A stretch of DNA of 64,000 nucleotides. Source: Spirochaetota bacterium. Lineage in GTDB: Bacteria > Spirochaetota > JAGLSM01 > JAKPMW01. Positions within the stretch are counted from its first letter, which is position 1, and every line of letters starts with the position of its first letter. Location: NCBI GenBank assembly GCA_031283155.1, contig JAITCI010000020.1, forward strand, positions 27,414-91,413. Direction: 5' to 3'. The notes under the pieces are model-generated. The model did no database searches. It saw only the letters and a list, made by a program, of their open reading frames with translations, and was not told the DNA's origin. Position numbers and translations under genes: made by a program. Positions 58,599 to 64,000 of the stretch are shown here, piece after piece.

Positions 58599-60197
58599 TT
58601 ATTCTTTCCTTTTTTTCCACAGCATAAGCACCCGCGCGTCGCCCTCCTCAAACCCCAGACATTTGAGGATACCAAAATATACGCCCAGAATGAGGATGAT
58701 CGCGGGCAGCTTAAGCCAAAAATACCCCAAGTCCGATATATCGGCAAAAAGCAAAAGCGCGCCGGAAACAAGAGCCGCGATATACGGCTTATACACCTCC
58801 CGCCGCCTGAGGCGCACCCCAAGCAAAAACCGCGCTTCCATAATCTGAATCAGGCGGATACTCACCGCCGCGAGTACCGCAGCAAGCGCCGCCCCAAAGA
58901 GTCCATAGACGGGAATGAAGAGCGCCGCGAACAGGAAGCTCAGCCCCGCAACCGTAACCGAGTTCGCGAGGCTCCAGGCGGATTTCCCGAGGGCGGTAAT
59001 GACATTCCCCGCCAGGCCAATGCCGCAGGAGAGAAGCGGAACAAGGGTGAGCAGGATCATAAAGCCCGTCGCGCCCATATCACCCAGATACTCCAATCGC
59101 AATACCGAAATGAGCGCGCCGGGGAGCAGTGCGTTCATCGGCAGGGCAAAAGGAACCCCAAAGGCAGGGTGAAAAAGCTGCAGGAGTTCATGCCTGAAAA
59201 AAATCACGAGAAAGCCCAGCGGGAACGCGAGGAGCATCGTCCAGCGGCTGACCTTGTTATAGGACACATTCATCTCATCCGGGCGCTGTTCGCCGTACAG
59301 GCGCGCGATAACGGGCGTATACGCGCCGGAGAACGCGAGCCGCACCTGTTCTATATTATGCACAATCTGCGCGGCAATCCCGTAATAGCCTATCAGCGCC
59401 GGCTGCACCCCAAAAAAGCCAAGCATCATCACGTCAAACCCCGCGATCATATCGGTAAAAGTGAGATTAAGGCTTTGCGGAAGCACAAAAACAAGGAGCG
59501 GGCGCATGAAACGAAAGCGGCGAAACGCAAGCAAGAGCCTTTTCATGGAAAAGGATCTGCAAAAAATGACAAGCGCAGCCGCAAACATAACGGCGCTTGT
59601 GGCTGTATAGCCGTACCCAAGTCCATCCACGCCGAAATCCAGCGCGGCAAAGAGCAGCGCGCAAACAAATAAGCCAAAGGGACGGATACACCCCTGCAAA
59701 AGCGCGTCCCACTTCATCTCCGCGTGCGCTTTCGTCGCTGAAACCAAAAGCACCGCAGCCGCCTGCAGCGGCAGACCGGGCGCCATCAGGCGCAGCAGCG
59801 ACTGAATGCGGCCTTCACTGTACATGGGAAGAGCGCCGGACGCGCCCAGAAGGAGAGCGAGGCAGAGCAAAAGCCCAACGCCCGCGCACAGGACAATGCT
59901 ATTGGCAAGCGCCTGATAGGCGTTCCGTTCGTCCCTGCGCGCCAGATACCTCGCGGCGAAAATCATAACGCCGTCATTGAGCCCGCCCACAGCCAGCTTC
60001 TTCAGCATCTCAATAAAGACAAACACAAGAAGGTACACACCCAGGGCGTCAGCGCCGTACATCCGCCCAACGACAATAAAAAATATGGGATTAAAGGCCT
60101 TGCCCAGCACCCCCAGGAGGTTGTACACAAGACCGCGCGTGACTTCGTGATCGTAATTTTGTTTCGTCAATCGCGCGCCCAGCCTTTTATAAAACAC
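58599..60197 (-). CDS. Wzx-type oligosaccharide flippase (polysaccharide biosynthesis protein, MOP superfamily)
   Basis: ~14 TM helices across 532 aa, with a Wzx/polysacc_synt family pattern. Its stop is 5 nt before the ATP-grasp start. Confidence 0.8.
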   Translation of the reverse strand: MFYKRLGARLTKQNYDHEVTRGLVYNLLGVLGKAFNPIFFIVVGRMYGADALGVYLLVFVFIEMLKKLAVGGLNDGVMIFAARYLARRDERNAYQALANSIVLCAGVGLLLCLALLLGASGALPMYSEGRIQSLLRLMAPGLPLQAAAVLLVSATKAHAEMKWDALLQGCIRPFGLFVCALLFAALDFGVDGLGYGYTATSAVMFAAALVIFCRSFSMKRLLLAFRRFRFMRPLLVFVLPQSLNLTFTDMIAGFDVMMLGFFGVQPALIGYYGIAAQIVHNIEQVRLAFSGAYTPVIARLYGEQRPDEMNVSYNKVSRWTMLLAFPLGFLVIFFRHELLQLFHPAFGVPFALPMNALLPGALISVLRLEYLGDMGATGFMILLTLVPLLSCGIGLAGNVITALGKSAWSLANSVTVAGLSFLFAALFIPVYGLFGAALAAVLAAVSIRLIQIMEARFLLGVRLRRREVYKPYIAALVSGALLLFADISDLGYFWLKLPAIILILGVYFGILKCLGFEEGDARVLMLWKKRKE

Positions 60198-60324
60198 TCC
60201 ATGTCCCGGAAATAAATATACTCGCTTATCCTGAGATCTTTCATGTTACGGCGGCCGCACCATACACATTTTTACAAACCTGTTCCGACGGGAGCGCCGG
60301 CTGTTTCGGCTCCCCAAAACCGCC

Positions 60325-60409
60325 TGCCGTCTACGCGGGGCGCTTACCTCTTCTGAATCGTTGCCCCGCGTCGAGCCGACATCCTGTCTACGCGGGGCGC
60401 TTACCTCCT
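60325..60409. repeat. two copies of a ~23-bp direct repeat (TGTCTACGCGGGGCGCTTACCTC) separated by 34 bp, with an inverted partial copy between them
   Basis: Seen directly in the sequence. The second copy overlaps the last codons and stop of the CDP-alcohol transferase gene. Confidence 0.7.
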
Positions 60410-61705
60410 GTAAGCGAACCACGCAAGATATACAACCAGCACCCAAATAACGCCCGCCATGAACCACATAAACGCGCCGGCGAGGTTCAGCATTAAAATC
60501 ACCATCGCGGCGAGGGCGAAAAAATCATGCCGGAACAGGAACGCCATTTTGGACACGCAGCGGTCAAGCAAAGCGATACCGCCTGTTTTCTGCGCGGCTT
60601 TCTCGACGTCGTTGATAATCTGAAAGGTATGCTCGCTTCCTGTGCGGCGGATGTAGCGCAGCATGACAAAAAACATACAGGCCAGTCCGAGTAATACCCC
60701 CCCGCCAAGAACCAGAAAGGTTTCGCTGCCCAGTTCCGGGAGCATATATGCAGCCGTTTCCTCCCGCGGAGAATTGCAGAGTCCAAGAGGGAGCGCGATA
60801 AAAAACAGGAAGTAGCCCAGTTGGTCGCAAAAGGTATCAAAGCGCGCGCCCGCCTGCGACATCCGCCATGTAAGCCTGGCCACCTCGCCGTCGCTGCCGT
60901 CGATGATCGAGGTAAGCTGATACAGAATGCCGCCCCAAAAAAAATTCCAATACCCGCCCAGCGCAATCAGCGCGGCGGAGAGCAGCGTCAGCAGGAGATT
61001 GACGCCGCTGATGAAATTGGGCGAAAAGCCCAAAACCATACACACGCGCGAAATACGAATCGATATGGGGCGGTTCAGATACCGCGACACAACGCCGTCG
61101 CTGGCTTTGCGCACCGACGCAAGGAGCGCGCGCCTTGCCCGCTTATAGGCCAATTTGTTTCGCACGTCCACAGCGTAGCCGTCTGTCATCGGCACGTACC
61201 CGGAGACGCGCGAATCAAAAATTAAGGTAAGCCCGGTATCCGGCGAACGGATAAACGCCTCAAGCAATTTTGGAAAAATATGCGCGCGGCAGAGCGCAAG
61301 CCCCGTCCATACCGCCCCTGCCTTTTGCCCATCCGAAACATTGCCCGCCATATCCACAATAAGACAGCAACTGCTCTCCGCGAGATCTATGCCGGGCAGA
61401 CGCGCGAGAACGCTCTCCTTATAAACAGCCGTATCGGAAAGGAGGAGAAAGGTATCGGTGAAGCGCTCCGCCTTCAGATCGGCGGCGTCGCGGCACGTCA
61501 CTGCGCAGCCCTGCCGCGCGAGTACCCGGTTTGCCGCCAAAAACGCCTGCATCTGCTCTGCGCCCTCGTCGCACACCACAAAAAAATCACGCACACCGGC
61601 GCGCGCTGCGGCAATAATGCTCCGCGCGATCAGCGGGTGCCCGCACAGCCTCCGCACGCGCATCGTGCCGCTATGCGAAAAGATGACCGCCTGCGAAATT
61701 ACCAT
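60401..61705 (-). CDS. nucleotidyltransferase-like domain fused to a CDP-alcohol phosphatidyltransferase
   Basis: C-terminal CDP-OH transferase motif DG(x)2AR(x)8G(x)3D(x)3D (DGSDGEVARLTWRMSQAGARFDTFCDQLGYF) plus a TM region. The N-terminal ~200 aa have a degenerate NTP-transferase-like fold. Confidence 0.7.
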   Translation of the reverse strand: MVISQAVIFSHSGTMRVRRLCGHPLIARSIIAAARAGVRDFFVVCDEGAEQMQAFLAANRVLARQGCAVTCRDAADLKAERFTDTFLLLSDTAVYKESVLARLPGIDLAESSCCLIVDMAGNVSDGQKAGAVWTGLALCRAHIFPKLLEAFIRSPDTGLTLIFDSRVSGYVPMTDGYAVDVRNKLAYKRARRALLASVRKASDGVVSRYLNRPISIRISRVCMVLGFSPNFISGVNLLLTLLSAALIALGGYWNFFWGGILYQLTSIIDGSDGEVARLTWRMSQAGARFDTFCDQLGYFLFFIALPLGLCNSPREETAAYMLPELGSETFLVLGGGVLLGLACMFFVMLRYIRRTGSEHTFQIINDVEKAAQKTGGIALLDRCVSKMAFLFRHDFFALAAMVILMLNLAGAFMWFMAGVIWVLVVYLAWFAYRR

Positions 61706-61892
61706 ACCGATTTACCTGCTTTCTGAAACACCTGCGTTGGATAAACATACTTTCCTGAAGATAAGCACTTCTCAGTATTTACCGATAGGAAGATCATGCG
61801 TGATGTATTTTAGGTTGTATTTGTCCTAAAATGGCACCATACTTATTATGCGCCTCGGACGCATGGATTAAAACATCCCGGGAGGCATTCCC

Positions 61893-62135
61893 ATGAATAT
61901 CAATACTGAAAATCTCGTTTCCATATCGGAAGCCAACCAAAACTTTTCAAAAGTCGCCCGTCTTGTTGATGAAAAAGGGACAATTATCATCTTAAAAAAC
62001 AATACTCCGCGCTATATTTTGCTGGATTACAATCTATCCCGTCAGAACAACGTCGCGAATGACGACGATATGAATGCAGCAGCCTCGCGTATTTTGTCAA
62101 AGCACATCAAAGCGTTTGAAGAACTTGCAAAGTGA
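61893..62135 (+). CDS. Phd/YefM-family antitoxin
   Basis: N-terminal Phd pattern (VSISEANQNFSKVARLVDEKGTIIILKNNTPRYILL). Its stop overlaps the start of the downstream Doc gene. AT-rich. Confidence 0.65.
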   Translation: MNINTENLVSISEANQNFSKVARLVDEKGTIIILKNNTPRYILLDYNLSRQNNVANDDDMNAAASRILSKHIKAFEELAK

Positions 62136-62509
62136 TTATCCTCAGTTTGGAGCAAGTCAAAAACCTTCATAAAAAATTACTGATCGGCACAGGCGGGCTG
62201 AATGGGATTCGGGACGAAGCCTTGCTCGATTCTGCGCTGGTTGACGCATTTCAAACTTTTGACGGCGCTGAACTCTATCCTTCTACGGCAGCCAAAATAG
62301 CGCGAATCACATATGGCCTTGTATGCAATCACCCGTTTATAGACGGAAATAAACGTATCGGTATGTATGTTATGCTGGTTCTCCTGGAATTGAACCACAT
62401 CGACGCTGCCTTTACGAACGAAGACATAATCCGCATCGGATTAGAGATTGCGCAGGGAAAAATGGGCGATAAGCGCCTGCTGAGTGAAATTTTAGAACAC
62501 TCGCAATAA
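62132..62509 (+). CDS. doc: Doc/Fic-family toxin
   Basis: Fic motif HPFIDGNKRIG. 125 aa. Confidence 0.8.
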   Translation: MIILSLEQVKNLHKKLLIGTGGLNGIRDEALLDSALVDAFQTFDGAELYPSTAAKIARITYGLVCNHPFIDGNKRIGMYVMLVLLELNHIDAAFTNEDIIRIGLEIAQGKMGDKRLLSEILEHSQ

Positions 62510-62601
62510 CCGCGCCTATGACCTGGACGGGAATGTGGGCGCAGTTTCCGAAGAAGGAGTACGTACTTCGGAATGGATGTCGCGGCGCGGAGCGTGCGCC
62601 C

Positions 62602-63552
62602 CTACTGTAGCCGTACAGCTGCGGAGAACATCCAGCCCACGCCATTGCTCGCGCGCGCGTCCACGGTATAACTGTCTTCGAGCAGCAGCCCGTCGCTAAC
62701 GCGATATTTGACTGTGCGCAGGCAGCGGCGAATGGATACGCCGGAGGCAATCGAAACATTTGGCTGCGCGCTGCCCACGACCGTCAGCACACCGTCGGCA
62801 TTTGACTGCGTTTTGTAATATATGCGGAAGGGTTCCTCCTGATCAAAATCGACGTATTTCACCGCCTTGTGATCCGCGAGAGCCAAAAGTTTGTTCAGGG
62901 TAGTGGTGTAATCGATCCGGACGCTCATCCAGGTTTTCGTTTTCCCGCTTGCCGCCGCCGCGATCCCGCCCGCCGGAAGGGCGTCGTGGTTAAACATCCG
63001 CAATATCTCGCCCATGATTGGGTATACGTTAAAGCTGTCGTCGTACGCGCCATATTCCGGCGGGGTAATCATCGGCACACGGCACTGAATCGCGCTGTGC
63101 GTCCCGAGGGCGCTGCGCGTAAAGGTGAAGGACTGCGGGTTCAGGTCGCCAATCAGGAAGGCGCGCGGAACCACCTCCTGAATCATCGGGCCGTAAAATG
63201 GCACATTTCTGAAATTAGTCTCGAGCTGCCCGAAGAGCGACTTGGCCTGAATGAGATTTTTTGCCGCCGTAACCAGGGAAATCTTCTCGCCGTTCCGATG
63301 GGTGCGCACCCGTACGCCCGTATTCGGAATGTCCTTCAGGGTAAAGCGCATGGAACCGTCGGCGGCTTTGACCCCCTCAAAAAAAGCGTCCGCGTAGGCG
63401 TGGTAGTACATACGCACATCGGTGACAATGAAATTTTTGCGCGTATCGCTCTTCATTTCGTAGGAAATGACGTAATTCTCGGCGGAGAGCGCCCCCGCGA
63501 GGCACAGACTGAGAATAAGGCATAAACCGGTTTTTGCGAGTATGCGTTTCAT
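62602..63552 (-). CDS. hypothetical secreted protein
   Basis: Signal peptide (MKRILAKTGLCLILSLCLAGALSAEN). Confidence 0.5.
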   Translation of the reverse strand: MKRILAKTGLCLILSLCLAGALSAENYVISYEMKSDTRKNFIVTDVRMYYHAYADAFFEGVKAADGSMRFTLKDIPNTGVRVRTHRNGEKISLVTAAKNLIQAKSLFGQLETNFRNVPFYGPMIQEVVPRAFLIGDLNPQSFTFTRSALGTHSAIQCRVPMITPPEYGAYDDSFNVYPIMGEILRMFNHDALPAGGIAAAASGKTKTWMSVRIDYTTTLNKLLALADHKAVKYVDFDQEEPFRIYYKTQSNADGVLTVVGSAQPNVSIASGVSIRRCLRTVKYRVSDGLLLEDSYTVDARASNGVGWMFSAAVRLQ

Positions 63553-63600
63553 GGCTTTACCTTTCCGATTTTATTCTGGTACATATTCTAACAACACCTT

Positions 63601-63685
63601 GCTGACACGGATGTCAGCACTCCGAGCCGCGACAGGAGGTCGCACGTGAGCGAGGAGAGCTGACACGGATGTCAGCACTCCGAGC
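63601..63685. repeat. two identical 27-bp elements (GCTGACACGGATGTCAGCACTCCGAGC), each containing a perfect 7-bp-stem hairpin, flanking a third palindrome (GCGACAGGAGGTCGC)
   Basis: Seen directly in the sequence. Confidence 0.8.
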
Positions 63686-63696
63686 TACGCACATCT

Positions 63697-63927
63697 TTAC
63701 GCTTTCAATACTTCTTTATTGACTTTGGCGGCTTCCATAGCGCGCGCCCGCTCTTCCCATGTTGCAAAATTTGCCGGACGGAACTCCGCCAACTGCTCCT
63801 CGGTAAGAGGGGGGCAATCCGGATCATATACATACGGCAATTTTGCCGCAGCGTCCCCCACTGCCTTCCTTCGCGCCCTTTCTTCAGGGGTGGGCTCTTC
63901 TCCACCCGAACGCCTCACTATTGCCAT
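63697..63927 (-). CDS. small hypothetical protein, possibly a BrnA/DUF4415-like antitoxin
   Basis: 76-aa ORF. The YDPDCPPLTEEQLAEFRP segment resembles the DUF4415 core. This is tentative. Confidence 0.35.
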   Translation of the reverse strand: MAIVRRSGGEEPTPEERARRKAVGDAAAKLPYVYDPDCPPLTEEQLAEFRPANFATWEERARAMEAAKVNKEVLKA

Positions 63928-64000
63928 GATATCTCCTCCGTTCCGCAGAGTTTGCCACCCGCGCCGAGATTATTCTGGTTACATCTCCACGCTCTGTATA

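Noticed and set aside
60325-60409. Possible mini-CRISPR array (repeat-spacer-repeat, 23/34 bp)
   Set aside because: There are only two repeats, and the second is part of a coding 3' end. The repeats are shorter than typical CRISPR repeats, and no cas genes are nearby. It is more likely a local duplication or terminator structure.

Overview
This 64-kb window is a high-GC (~60%) bacterial chromosomal segment with three AT-rich islands. Its gene content points to a spirochete-like organism: BMP/Tmp-type and TPR lipoproteins, an MCP, PilZ and HD-GYP genes, and a DtxR/TroR-like regulator. I call ~58 protein-coding genes and found no rRNA or tRNA. Housekeeping genes include murB, eno, cysE, rnhA, hisG, hisE, a copA P-type ATPase, a malY/patB-type C-S lyase, an M23 peptidase, a 5'-nucleotidase and an APC permease. 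There is a two-component pair plus a HAMP-PP2C phosphatase, and a c-di-GMP module (PilZ plus response-regulator HD-GYP). Notable accessory content: (a) a co-directional TolC-like, MlaC-like and two tandem paralogous MMPL/RND exporter genes next to a BMP lipoprotein, a candidate envelope-lipid export system. (b) A surface-glycan cluster with a Wzx flippase, a TupA-like ATP-grasp amidoligase, a low-GC SAM methyltransferase, a nucleotidyltransferase/CDP-alcohol phosphotransferase fusion and two large polytopic membrane proteins. The ATP-grasp gene carries a 14-nt homopolymeric G/C tract that puts its conserved C-terminus out of frame, a classic slipped-strand phase-variation switch. (c) An orphan AbiEii-like nucleotidyltransferase immediately upstream of murB, a Phd-Doc toxin-antitoxin pair in an AT-rich islet, and a 5'-truncated Eco57I/TaqI-like restriction-modification gene in an AT-rich islet at the window start. 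(d) Several hairpin and direct-repeat elements. Because the window is GC-rich, many long antisense ORFs are artefacts. Gene starts were refined using signal peptides, RBS motifs and domain boundaries.
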